A program made the position numbers and the translations under genes. Below the pieces are notes generated by a model, which was given only the letters and a program-made list of their open reading frames with translations, did no database searches and was not told where the DNA came from. From Lama guanicoe (lineage: Eukaryota), in contig MU053994.1 in NCBI GenBank assembly GCA_013239625.1, forward strand, positions 3,291,589-3,355,588: 64,000 nt of DNA, written 5' to 3'. Below, piece by piece: positions 28,588-41,518 of the stretch (positions are counted from its first letter, which is position 1; the number at the start of each line of letters is the position of its first letter).

Positions 28588-29206
28588 AGGCCAAGTTGTA
28601 CTTTATTAAAATTGATCTATATTTTTCATATACAAGACCATCTCTGTACCAGTGCTTTTAATTTCTGAAAGCAGACATATTGGAACAAGCTGGACCAAGC
28701 ACAGTTCCTCCTCGAGCCTCTTTATTTCTTCCCACAAAATGAGAAGCAGCATGTGTGTGCCAGGCGGAGCTGGTTGAGTAGCAAATATTTAGACATTCTG
28801 GATCTACTTCTAACTACAGATTAAACTAGATGGATTTTACTAGAATTTAAATCAGAAAGCATTTCCTCTCTCAGTGAAACCACAGATTTTCTCTTTTTGT
28901 TTTAATGTAAATTCTTTCAATATGACAGATGTTTTGTTTCTTCCAAAGAAATTCTAGTAACATTTCTTTGAATTTTGAGCTTGTTACTATTTTAAAGGCA
29001 TGACTAGAAAAAATAAAATACTACATAATCTTTTGTCTTCCGAAGGACCTTAATCCTGTTTCTTTAGGTCAGGTTAAAAATTATGGCCTTAAATTTATCA
29101 ATTTTGAGTGTTAATGAATTAACAGGAATTATTTAAATATAATAAAGATATTTCATGAAGTGGCTCAGTGAGATTAAGTAACAGTCAAGCCATGGGCCAC
29201 AAAGCT

Positions 29207-29225
29207 AGGCCACTAGGTGTCACTA
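29207..29225 (+). promoter_or_regulatory. CTCF-like motif
   Basis: AGGCCACTAGGTGTCACTA versus consensus TGGCCACCAGGGGGCGCTA. Confidence 0.5.
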
Positions 29226-29434
29226 CTTGGAATCCTATAAAGGAGCCAACATTGATTCTGCAAAACAAAACAATCCAAATCCAAGCATGGGATATGGAAC
29301 ATCAGAAGAAAGAAAAATGAATGGTCAAAGTTTGAAAAGCTTCTTCTCAAGAGTTGGTCATACTGTGATCTTTTTAATGTATTTATATCTTTATATACTA
29401 CCTTGTGAATTTTTTTTATTGTGATTAAAAAAAA

Positions 29435-29836
29435 ATTGAAGCATAGTCAGTTACAATGTGTCAATCTCTGGTGTACAGCATAATGTCCCAGTCATGCATA
29501 TATGTAAATATATTCACATATATTCATTTTCATATTCTTTTTCATTAAAGGTTATTACAAGATCCTGAATATAGTTCCCTGTGCTATACAGAAGAAACTT
29601 TTAAAATCTATTTTTATATATAGTAGTTAATGTTTGCAAATCTCAGACTCCCAAATTTATCCCTACCCACTCCCTTCCCTCTGGTAACCATAAGATTGTT
29701 TACTATATCTGCGAGTCTGTTTCTATTTTGTAGATGAGTTTATTAGTGTCTTCTTTCTTTTTTTAGATTCCACATATGAGTGATATTATATGGTATATTT
29801 TTCTTTCTCTTTCTGGCTTACTTCACTTAGAATGAT
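29435..29836 (-). mobile_element. L1 3' end (same family as 16985-17204)
   Basis: Reverse complement of the L1 ORF2 end and 3'UTR. Confidence 0.85.
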
Positions 29837-31104
29837 GAAATGATCCCTTTTTTATGCATACCATAAGCATTTAAAGATTTAACTTTTTAAAAATGGTTAG
29901 ATTTCTCTAAATGGCAGCCACTTGAATACTTCATGGATCACATTACTGAAATGTAGCCTGGTAACTCTGAAACAAGAGCTTAAGCTTTAAGGGTCGTAGA
30001 TCATGAGGGCATAGTCTAATGATGGCTTATATCATTCATGGTGATTAAACTTTCACTGAAAAATGGCTCAGTTTGGATTTTCAGAACCAAATGCATCCCA
30101 ACACTGCCCAGGGCTGGCCTTATAGTCCAGTTATTTCAGGAGAGTTCTGGGGTTCATGTGTAGTGCCTGCCTATAAAATTCTGTAGACATGCTGCCTTTT
30201 TACTGGGCACAGCTCATTTTCAGTCCGCCAGCCCCTTTTCAAATCGAGATGCATTGACAGGGCAGATGCTGACAGTACAGGTACTTCTTTAAGTTTATAA
30301 TTCATAAAAATCCAAAGGGAACTTTGAACACAATTTCCTCACTAAAATCTATGAGTCTCTTCTGATGCTGACAGTGTCTACCCAAGAATGCTGCAGCTAT
30401 TTAAAATAAATGTTTTGAGTGAGGTCTGAGAAGTTTAGCATTGGACAGTAAATGGTGGCCCAGCTCAGTTCCAAGGTCCAGTCTGTGTCTGAATATCTGC
30501 CCCTTCCTGTAGAAACTAGCAACGTTCCTGTACTTCCCCTGCAGTCTCAAGTTTGGTATGCTCAGATACCTCGTTACATTAGGTAAGAAAAACCCAACTT
30601 TGAAAACCAATGTGGGCTTCTCTGAGTCTTTAAATGATGACAAAAAGTCCTTGATCTAAAGAGGGTCAGGAAATCTTAGCAATGACTTAACTGCTGACTA
30701 CACTGAAATAAACCAAATCTCCATGCTGTGCTGTAGTGACTTTCAAATATCCCACTTACTAATCCTAGTAAAGGGTATGACTTCTGTGGGAAGTTCACAA
30801 CTGTGAAAACTTGCTGCATCATACGAAACAATGATAAAGAACAACAGACATTTAAAGAGCCAATGAAGAGATCAAACTCTAATTCAAATAACATGTTAAC
30901 AATAACAATAATGAAGATGATGACGGAGGAGAAGAAAGTGGAATGCTAGGAGCGATCCACAAAATAGAATAAATTTCAAGGGCTTTTTGGTGTCCAAGGA
31001 CAGTAACAAGTTATTTGAAATAACTTAATCTGAAATGTCCTCAAATTACTTAAGATAAATTACACTAAAGAGAAAACCCATTTCCGCGTTCTCCTGAGCA
31101 CATT

Positions 31105-31532
31105 TTCTAGCTTTACTGAGGTATAACTGACAAATACAACTGGAACATATTTAAAGTGTACAATGTGAGGATTTGATAAATGTACACACTGTGAAAGGAT
31201 TCTCACAATCAAGTTAATTAACACATCCATCACATCACATATTTATCTTTTAAAAAATGAGAATACCTAAGTTCTATTCTCTTAGTCAATTTCAATTATA
31301 AAATATAGTGTTATCAGCTACAGTCACCACAGTATACATTAGCCCCTCAGACTTTATTTATCTTAAGACTGAAATTCTCCACCCCTTTACTAACCTTTTC
31401 CCATTCCCCCCACCTCCCAGTCTGGAGCAATCATCATTCCATTTTGTTTCTGAGTTTGACTTCTTGTAAGATTACACAGAGAAGTCAAACCATGCAGTAT
31501 TTGTCTTTCTCTGTCTGGCTTATTTCACTGAG
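31105..31532 (-). mobile_element. L1MA-like 3' end
   Basis: ctttactgaggtataactgacaaat...tctggcttatttcactgagca. Confidence 0.75.
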
Positions 31533-31544
31533 CACATTTAAAAA

Positions 31545-31908
31545 CTATGGTTCCTAGCTCTCTTGCAGCTAGGTAGGCATACAACTAGTACTTGCCAATG
31601 GGATATGGGCAAAAGTGATATAGCCCATGTCCAACCTTGACCCTGCAAAATTCTCCACTTTCTCCCATCTGCTGGCTGGGTGCAAAGGATGCAGTGCAAA
31701 ATTCCAAAGCTTTGGGAGATGGCAGAAGCACACAATGGAAGAGGACTGGATTCCTGAATGACTGTGTGGAAGAGACTCTCCTTGTACCCTCCTCAACTCC
31801 AATTATCTTCATTAGACTGTGGTGTGAGCAAGAAATATACTTCTATTCTGTTGAGCCACTCAAATTTTAGGATTTCATGCTGTAGCAGTTAGTCCTGAAT
31901 TAATACAT
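31545..31908. mobile_element. Old ERVL/MaLR LTR (LTR16/MLT1-like)
   Basis: ttcctagctctcttgcagctagg...ttcctgaatgactgtgtggaagag...ttgagccact. Confidence 0.55.
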
Positions 31909-32707
31909 ACACTAAATTAAAAAGCCAAATTAAATTTTTAAAATAATAATTAATTTGATTTGACTAAGTCTATGGATGGAAGCAACTGTTACATACCTAT
32001 GACTGCACTTAGGGTGAAGCAAAAACACACTTAGCTTTTCCTAAACTGGTCTTTATCAATTCAACAAGATTGTGAATAAAAGTTCTGTGCCCAAAGGAAT
32101 TTGAGAAACACTATTGTATAAATGGAATAAAGAATGCAGCATTTCCCAAACTTATTTGGTCAATAAATAAATTAATCAACAAATTTAAGATCTACTCCCC
32201 CTTCCTGAATGGCAATATCCATCACCATCTCCCAGAGTAATGTTCTATAGAATACATTCTGGAAAACTTTGCTTTAATCTGCATCATATGGTGGCTTAAT
32301 CAGAATTAGCACCAAAAAGTTCTAAGCACTCCAGAGTAAATACCATTCTCTTATTAAGGACAGATTTTTCTTGTAAAAAAGACTAATATGTATTAAGAAA
32401 GCTTTCATTGCTGAAGTTAACCAAGTTCTTTAAGAAAGGTATTTTACTTAAAATTTGACTGAAATCAAGGCAGACGTGAACTGTCAGCTTCCGATTTTTC
32501 TTTGTATCGAATCTGCTGTCAGTGGAGCCTGTCATATTGAATAAGGGATCACAGTCTAACGTTTTAAGGAGAAGAAACCGAGTCTATGAAAACCAGTAAT
32601 GTTAAATATGAAATGTGTGTGTAAATATAGTCCATTGCACAATATCTTATTTACTTTTCTCTCTCCTATACTCATGCTTTAGGTGTAATGCTTTAAAACA
32701 TTGTTTA

Positions 32708-32854
32708 CTTTATTACCTTTTTTTGGGTTTGATTTGTTTTCTTTGGGGGGGAGGGGGGATTAGATTTATTTATTTTTAATGGAGCTACTGGGGATTGAAC
32801 CAGGACGTTGTGCATGCTAGGTATGCACTCTACCACTGAATTTTACCCTTCCCC
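32708..32854 (-). mobile_element. tRNA-derived SINE
   Basis: A/B-box remnants on the reverse strand; TSD ttaaaaca(t/a)tgttta at 32693-32707 and 32855-32869. Confidence 0.85.
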
Positions 32855-33122
32855 TTAAAACAATGTTTAAAAGCAATAAAGAGTAGTAATCACAGCTGAG
32901 ATCAATGGATTCTTATATAAAATATATAATTTTTTCCACTGTGACTTGCTAGGCTATATTGCATTTGTACTGTAGAATATTCTATTTCAGTTATGAGTGA
33001 CAGGTGATTTCCCACATTTCTCACAGACTTAAGACAACAGAAAAAGGACTGCTATGATGGACATTTGGATATCCATGTAAAGTAAAAAGTTATGATAAAT
33101 ACTCAGTTTACCAAAAAACTTA

Positions 33123-33314
<192 letters not shown>

Positions 33315-34219
33315 CTAGCCTTACATTTCAGAACTATGGCTAACTAACAGAACATAACAGAAAAGGTTGATGTCTTTACTGAAAAATAGACTTAAATGAG
33401 TGTCATATCGCTTAAGAATAGAGTATCTGCAGTGGGTTTATGTTCTGAACAATGTATTTGTGTGCTCCTGTTTTCACAGTAAACTGAATTTCAAGGTCAA
33501 ATCCATTTTAAAGTAAACTGTCTTACTTGAATTAAGGAAATTCATCAACTATAGTTGAGCTACTAGAAGATCTGGGTGCAGATTATACATCGGAAAGAGA
33601 GTGTGGGTTGCATGACCCCATGACGTTTTGAAATATTACAGAAATAACACAGGTGCATTCCATCAGGAACGGAAGATAAAGCCAGCTGTAGATCTGAGGG
33701 ACAAACCTTCAACTGGGAGCTCCAGCTGTGTAAAACAGGCTTCTTAGGATTTTTCAGGCTTAAACTTAAGTTAGCAAAAATCCCAATCCATTCTGTCTCC
33801 TTCCTTTACATACAAAGTCAAGGGAACCAAGTAGTTCTCAGTCTATTGGTCCCTTTTTATTCAGAAGACAGAGAGAAAGGGTAAGTATACTGACTGACAC
33901 TTCCAAATACCATATTAGGTATTAGGGGAAACCATTTTTGTGGGGCAAAGTAAATGGTAGCACGGTCATTTTCTTTAGATTTCCTCTAATAATCAGGAAC
34001 CCAGAGAGGTATCAGCAGGGAAGGATACATACCGAGTAGTAACAAAGTCACTTAGCCTTAAAAAAATGACTAGCCTATTTTACTCAGCAGGCAATATGCA
34101 CATACATACGCCAGACAAAAAAGAGAACCCTGAGAGGCTAGGCTTCAGAACATAGTGTACACAGTGTTAGAGATATTCTAACAATAAGTGCCTAATCATT
34201 GCATATCTAAGTCCTGGAT

Positions 34220-34470
34220 CTGTAGTTTTCAACCAGCAGCAATTTGGCACCCTGCTCTCCCCCCAGGGACATTTGGCAATGTCTAGAGACATTTTTGGTT
34301 GTCACAACTCTGGTGGTGGCTGGAGTAGGGGGATGGATTGTGCTACTATCATCTAGTGGGTGGAAGCCTGGGACCCCATTAAACATCCTACAATGCCGAA
34401 GACAGCCCCTCAACAAGAGAGAATTATGTAGCCCAAAATGTCAATAGTGCTGAGGTGGAGAAACCCTGCT
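34220..34470. mobile_element. MER20 DNA transposon
   Basis: ccagggacatttggcaatgtctagagacatttttggttgtcacaact...gctgaggtggagaaaccctg. Confidence 0.85.
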
Positions 34471-35174
34471 TTATATGAAGATAAAAATCTTGAATCTTTC
34501 TGCTGTGGAACTCTATAGGGTTCCCAGTTACTTCTGGTCTTGAATCTCATCCATTCACATGCACTTATTGGTAAGAATGTAAATTAGTACCACTTTTACA
34601 GAAAGCAATCTGGTAACATATATGTATCAAAAGTTTTAAAAATGCTCATGATTCAGTTCCATTTACAAAAACCTACATTAAGGAAAAAATAAGTAATGCA
34701 GAAAAAGATTTATGTATAAGGATATTTATCATATAAAATGGAAAAAAGATTTAATTATTAGAGAATGATTACATACATTATAGAGCATCCATATTATCGA
34801 ATATATAGCCAGATGAAATTTGTTTTTGAAGAATTCTAAAGACAGAGAAAGTTGCATGATACAAAATTTGAGAAAGTAGAATACAAAACCACATAAATTG
34901 TACATTCCCAATCATAACTGAAAAAAATATATATATACAAATTCAGAAAAAACCCCCAAAGAATGAAATATACAAAAAGGGTAATAGTAGTTAAGTTTAT
35001 TTTCCTAATTATACTTCATTCTGTTTTTGTCCATATGTTCCAAGGCTTCTACAATGGAAACAAAATGTTGCTACATAAGCAACTGATTTTTTTGCAGTAT
35101 TATTTATGTCAAAAATTTGGGGCTTAAGCCACAAATCAAGTGGTTATCCACATGGGAATTATGTAGCTAATTTT

Positions 35175-35655
35175 TTTAAAATTTGACTTTTTATTTTGAG
35201 ATAATTATAGATTCACATGCAGTTTTAAGAAATAACACAGGAAGATCTCATGTACCCTTCACCCAGTTTCCCCCAAGGGTAACATCTTGTAGAACTGTCA
35301 TATATCACAGATGGGACACTGACATTGATACAGAGAAGCTACAGAATATTTCCATCACCCCAAGGATCCTTCACGTTGTCCTTTTATAGCTACAATTGTT
35401 TCACTCCTACCCTTCCTCCTCCTAACCACTGGCAACTATAATCTGTTCTCCATTTCCATAATTTTGTTATTTCAAGGATGCTCTATAAATGAAACAATAC
35501 AGTATGTAACCTTTGGAGGCTGGCTTTTTTGACTCAGCACAATTCTCTGGAGATTCATCCAGGTTGTTGCATGTATCAATAGTTTAATCCTTTTTATTCT
35601 TGAGTAGTATTGCAGGACATGAATGCAGCACAGTTTGATCATTTATCTGTTGACG
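35175..35655 (-). mobile_element. Old L1M 3' fragment
   Basis: ttttattttgagataattatagattcacatgcagtt...ttcatccaggttgttgcatgtatcaatag. Confidence 0.75.
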
Positions 35656-36069
35656 GGACTGTGGATACTTTTAAATTGTGAGTAATTACACCTACCAGGC
35701 TACTGGCATTCTTTCACTGGAAACACTAAGTGGATATTAAATGATTAAAAAGGTACAAGGCAGAAACCAGTCCTCATTTCCCCTGCTGTTCTTGAAAAGG
35801 TATTAACCTAATCCACTTCCTTCTATCTGCTCTCCTCAGGACTTTTTGTTCTGAGTAGGAACAAAATCTGGAAATCAGTTTAAAGCCAGCTCTCTCATCA
35901 TCCCTTATTGAAAGCCTTGGAAAGCAAGAGATGATGTGAAGAAATTAGTCCCAAATATCCCACTTAACACCTAACCCCAGCAACATTACCAACAGTAGAA
36001 TTAAATGATGCCAGATTTATAAAGTTACTAAATCTAGTTCTAAACTTATGGATTTAAGAAACTGCAATA

Positions 36070-36193
36070 CAGGGAGAGGGTGTAGCTCAGTGGTAGAGCA
36101 CATGCTTAGCACGAACGAGGTCCTGGATTCAATCTCCAGTATCTCCATTAAAAAATAAATCAATAAATAAACCTAATTACCTACCCTCCCCAA
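36070..36193 (+). mobile_element. tRNA-derived SINE
   Basis: gggagagggtgtagctcagtggtagagc...ggattcaatc; 14-bp TSD aagaaactgcaata at 36056-36069 and 36194-36207. Confidence 0.9.
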
Positions 36194-39100
36194 AAGAAAC
36201 TGCAATAACAAAAATACTAATGAGATGTGGTTTTTTTTCTATATTAAAAAAATTCGACAGATAGCACAGAAAACTAATTATCATTTTCACTCAGTTATCT
36301 TAGTGGAATCCTACTTCATCTCTACTGTCTCTATCCAGCATTGCTTATGTGATATATAATCTAGACAGCAGTTTATTAATACTATAAGATTAAAATAAAA
36401 CAACCTTGTTTCTAGCGAATACTAAGGTGGCAAATCTAACCGCTGGGAAGCAAGTGTGGTTGTACCAGACAAGAGACATATCATCTGTTGGTCTGTGAAC
36501 TCCCGAAGCTCCGTGCAATTCCTGCCCCGCCAGCACTCTCCATGAGTTACCCTATGCGTGCACGTGTTTACTCTGTTTCTGTGCTGTGAGGACTTTAAGG
36601 TAGGTCCATATTTGATTCCTTTTATAACACCTACAAGTATGCAGTGAATTAATTAAGTACTAAAGAAACAGTAATAGTCAGCTCCCAAGTCTTGAGTGTT
36701 TGTTATGTGCCAGGCACGTACGTCCTCAGGACCACACAGTAAGAGAAACAGATATGGATATGGAATTGAGGTTCAGAGAGGTCAAGGAAGGTCACGACTA
36801 GAAGTGGTAAAGGCAGGACTCAATTCCAGGGGGTTTGGATCTGAACTCTATGCTCTTCCTGACCTACTACACTAACTGGCCGGACTAGGAAATAAAGGGG
36901 GAGCCTTCAACCAGAAGCGACGTGTGGTTTATGTACAGATATGGAGGTTAGAAAAGAACTTGAACCCTATTGGGTCAGACAATAACCAAAACCTTTATCA
37001 AACGTTCCTGCTTTTTGCCAGGTGCGAGGCAGAGGCTTCAGGGAAAACAGGAATGAGCCCTGGGCTTGAGGAAGGGGCTCTCAGGCTGGTATGTGAAGCG
37101 GGCATACTATACCGTGCAGCAAATGGCACAGAAGAGGTGAAAATAAAGTGGCACAGAAACAGTCTGCAGAGGGAGTCTCTGGGACAGCCTGAGAGAAGAG
37201 GGGGATGAGCAGGAATTCAACACCCCCACTTGGGGTCTGATCTGCTCTGACAGACCCAGTGGATGCTTTGCTGAGAAGCTCAAAGGCATCTATTAGCCTA
37301 TGTCTCTAGTAGGCAAGACCCACCAGGTTAACAGGTCTATTTAGTTCCTTGAACCTGTCACCTTTTCTAAACTGATTTATAGTCTTATCTTGTACCCAAA
37401 TGTGATTAATTCTGTAGGTTTTCAATCATGAAAGGAAGCATTTCCACAGCTGTACTCAAGTTGCCTATGTCAAGCTCTGAAAAGTACCCCTAATTTAAAG
37501 TTTCTGTAACTAGCTAGGAAAATTAGTTTTTATTCCATTTCTCCTTTGTCTTTTCATATTGAAAAAACACGTACTTTCAGTCTGACCTCAAAATCTTTCT
37601 TCACCCTTGATGATTTTAACACCTTCTACGGACACCTCCTCCAGTTCTGTTATTTCTTTCTTTGGGTACAACCAGAGAACCACATCTCATGTCACAGATG
37701 TGTACAACTGATATCTGCAGTTCAATACCAAGAGAGGGTGATTTATTTAATGGCAGGACTGTAGGCATCATATTCACTTTTGTATTCCAGGCTGCACTTT
37801 GCTGAGTGCTTTGTATGAAAAGACACAATAAAATATATTCGATTAAATTTTTTTTCTGAGCAAATTCTGAAGAACTGAAAATAAACTACTATAATGAAAA
37901 ACATGTAACCACAGGAGACAATTTTATAGTGCTGTTTCCTTAAAGTCAAAATGAAAATTATTTTAATACTTGTATGTGTATAACACTTCATAATTTCCAA
38001 AGTGCTTTTATACTTCTTGTCTTATGTGATTCCACAATAACCCTGTTCTATAGACAAGTGTTTTTTATATTTTGATATTTGAAAAAGCAGAGGCTCATTG
38101 GGGTTAAATGATCCTGGGGCCATAGCAATGAGCAGAAGAGGGAGTCCTAGAACCCAGGTCTCTAACACCTGGTCCTTCCACTACAGACTGGCCCCTCCCG
38201 AAACCATGTTTTACCCTCAGCAACACTCCTGAATAGTCAACCTGCATTTGGTAATAAGATGATATACAATTTTTACTCTCTCTTTAATCTCAATTTTGTT
38301 TACCATATAAGATATATTTGCTTAGGCCTTGGTCCAAACTTTCACTAGAAAGTAATCAAGCCCTGCCTTCAGAATAGTATTTTACTTTAATTTTTGCATA
38401 ATTCATTTGGTAATCAGCTTATATCTAAAAATTAGGCTGATAATCATATATTTTAAATTTGAACATTTCTACTTTTTCTAAGAATTTCACTGATACAAAG
38501 TTTTATGCTACTGGTATGAAATATTACTCAAAAAAGCATAAATATGTCAACTGTTTTAAAAATGTTTTCTGAGTCTATTTCTTTAAAGAGGAATATACTT
38601 TTAAGGTCAATAAAACTTTGAGTCTAGAACAATTTCATTACAAGAGTGGAAAAACTCTTATAAAAAAGTTGACTGAGTAAAAATAACCTGAAAGGAGGGC
38701 AGAAAAATAAATAGTAGAATGTTTAAAAAGTTCTCAGTGTCACAGTAGGTTGAGTTTGTCTTAAAACTATTTCCCTCTAGCTTTGCTATGAAAAATGTCA
38801 AACATATGGAAAGTTGAAAGAATTGCACTCACCACCTAGATTCTACGATGAACAGTTCTTGCCTTATCACATTATCTATCCACCCATCAATTCATCTTAT
38901 TTTCTGTTCATTTCAAAATAAGTGGCAGAATGGTCAACATCAGTATACTTCACCCCTAAACGTATTAGCATAGATGTGAATACTTCTCTCTCTCCAGGTA
39001 AAATTTACATAGAGGGAAATACACAAATCTTAAGTGTACTATTCAATGATTTTTGATAAATGTATACACTGCATACATCTGATAAACTGCATACACACAT

Positions 39101-40004
39101 GTATGCAGTTATTTCAGTAACAAAGATTTTTATGTGCTTATTTAAAAATTATATGTTTAGCTACAAAACCCAGTTATCACTGAGCTACTTCAGCATCTGT
39201 ATCTAGTCTCGTTTCTCCTTAAGTTACCAATAACCTCTCTTTCCTATTACATTAGCCATCTAATTTACACAATACTGAATCACTACACATGCTTTCATAT
39301 CACCCAAAGCCCCGTCTCACAAGCACAATAGCATTGAAAAATCTGCTTATTAAGGCAGAATTACATTAAAATTCAATTTAGGTGTACATTTTCATCACTC
39401 CACAAAAGTTCCCTCTTGTCGCTTTGCAATCTCTCCCCCCTACCCCCTCTCCTGGACAACAGCTTTTATTCCCATCGTAGAAAGCAAATTCTGGTTATCA
39501 GTCAAGTTATAAGTAATAATGAATCCTGTAATGAAAATTGGATTTTGGACTTAAGCATCTGTGCTATATTCAATTCAAGTTATGAAAACTTACACATGGT
39601 GATAAATGTTTTAGATTCTTTTTGTATAGATTATAGTACAGATGCCTCAACATTTATTAGTTAAAAGAAGTAAACTCTGCAAATGTATTCTGTCAGAGTA
39701 TACATACCATAATTCTAACGCCATTAGGCTTGTTAAAATAATCTATATTTCCAAATAGCAACATCACTGGGCACAAATTTATCAAAGTACTTTAAATAAC
39801 ATTCTGCTGGTTGTTAGGTGCCCATTCATATAAAGCTTTACAACTAAGGAAAAGCACTACTTGACACCTCTAAGATGCTTTCATTCCCAAATGACATGAT
39901 AGGTCTGCTGATTTAAAAAAAGAGAGAGAGAGAGGTGCTAAATCAGGAGAAATAAAAGCAGTTACAAATGGGAAGTCTTATATTTCAATGGTCATTAACT
40001 TGTA

Positions 40005-40523
40005 GGTAGTGGGCAGCCTCTGAGATGGCCCCCAAGATCCTGGCCTCCTGGTATTCACTGTCTTATATAATCAACCCCTTCCCTGGAGTATAGGCTGGAT
40101 TTATTAACTCACTTGTAACAAACAGAATAGGGAAGAAGTGATAGGATGTCACTTCCAAGATTAGGTTATAAAGACTGTCGCTTCTATCTTGGGCACCCTC
40201 TGTCACTTTTGCCCTCTCGCTTTGATCATCTGTGCTGGGTGAAGCGAACTTCTAGGCCGTGAGCAGCCCTGTGGAGAGGCCCAACAGTCAGGGAGGAACT
40301 GAAGCCTGTCAACAACTATGTGAGTGAGCGTGGAAGAGGAGTCTCCCTACACTTGGGCCTTCAGGTGAGACCACAGCTCTGGATGACACCTTGAATGCAA
40401 TGTCATGAGACCTTAAGCCAGGGCACTCAGCTAAGCCATGTCCAGATTTCTGACCCACAGAAACTGTGAGATGATAAATGCTGTTTTGAGGTTATTCATT
40501 ACAGAGCAACAGATAACTAATAT
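40005..40523 (+). mobile_element. MaLR solo LTR (MLT1-like)
   Basis: gcagcctctgagatggcccccaagatcc...cccacagaaactgtgagat...agataactaata. Confidence 0.8.
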
Positions 40524-41500
40524 ATTGTGAGATTTTTATATGAGATTTTGATATTAAATTGGCTGCAATTTGAGCTATAAGTCACTAATGCAAGAAAGTG
40601 TGACAATGAATTTAATTATAAGCACTCAGATTTTCTGTTTATCTTTGTCTCTTATATACTTTCCCCTCAGTAAGCACAATGTTGGGGTAAAGGCTTTTTT
40701 TCTATTGTTTTAATTGAAATTATTATTGAGATAATTGTAGATTTATATGCAGTTGTAAGAAATAATACAGAGATCCCTTGTACACTTTGCTCAGTTCCCC
40801 CACTGGTAACATTTTACAACACTATCATGTAATATCACAACCAGAACACTGACATTGATACAATCTACCCACCTCATTTAGAATGCCTTAGCTTTACTTG
40901 TACTCATTTGCATGTATGTAATTTCTTACATACTTTTTACTTTAAATAGTGTCACATACTCAAATTATATTCCTTTGTAATAAAAATCTAGCTGTACTAC
41001 TCCTTATAAATGCTCTTTCTGATGGTCGAAGTTGTGAAGAGAGAGAATCCAGGAGTTAATTTCACACCTCCATATTAATAAACTGAAAATAGAGTCAGTA
41101 ACAGAGAGTAATAAACTGTTTGTATAGATTATGTAACTGTTAAAGGAACATTCACTTACCCTGAAAGTTTTCTTGAAAGCAAATTATGAAATAGTTATCC
41201 TTTCCCCAGAAATTAATGTATTTGTGCTTGAAATTCAGATGTGAAATAATATTAAGTGCACTTAAAATTTTAACACTGCTTCTTTTTCCTCTTATGAAAG
41301 AAGAAATTAATATTATTTGTATAACAATGCCTCAGCAAATGAACATATACAAATTTCCACGGTAAGGTCAGGCAGTGTTAAAATTCATAAACATTTAGAC
41401 ACAAACAGCCAAGGAAAAAGTCAAGCTGATTATGAACCATGCAAAGCCAAACACTTTTGCATAAAAGAGAAACCTTAGAGAAAAACAAAGGGATACCTAC

Positions 41501-41518
41501 TTTCTGCTGCTAGAAGTC
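41501..41518 (-). CDS. CASK: CASK exon 11, 18-nt cassette microexon, (G)LLAAE(R)
   Basis: cttcctcctag|GACTTCTAGCAGCAGAAA|gtaggt; phase 1/1; supplies the LLAAER peptide of the long isoform. Confidence 0.93.

Noticed and set aside
36070..36150. tRNA gene
   Set aside because: Degenerate tRNA-like head with tail and TSD; it is a SINE, as are those at 9720 and 32708
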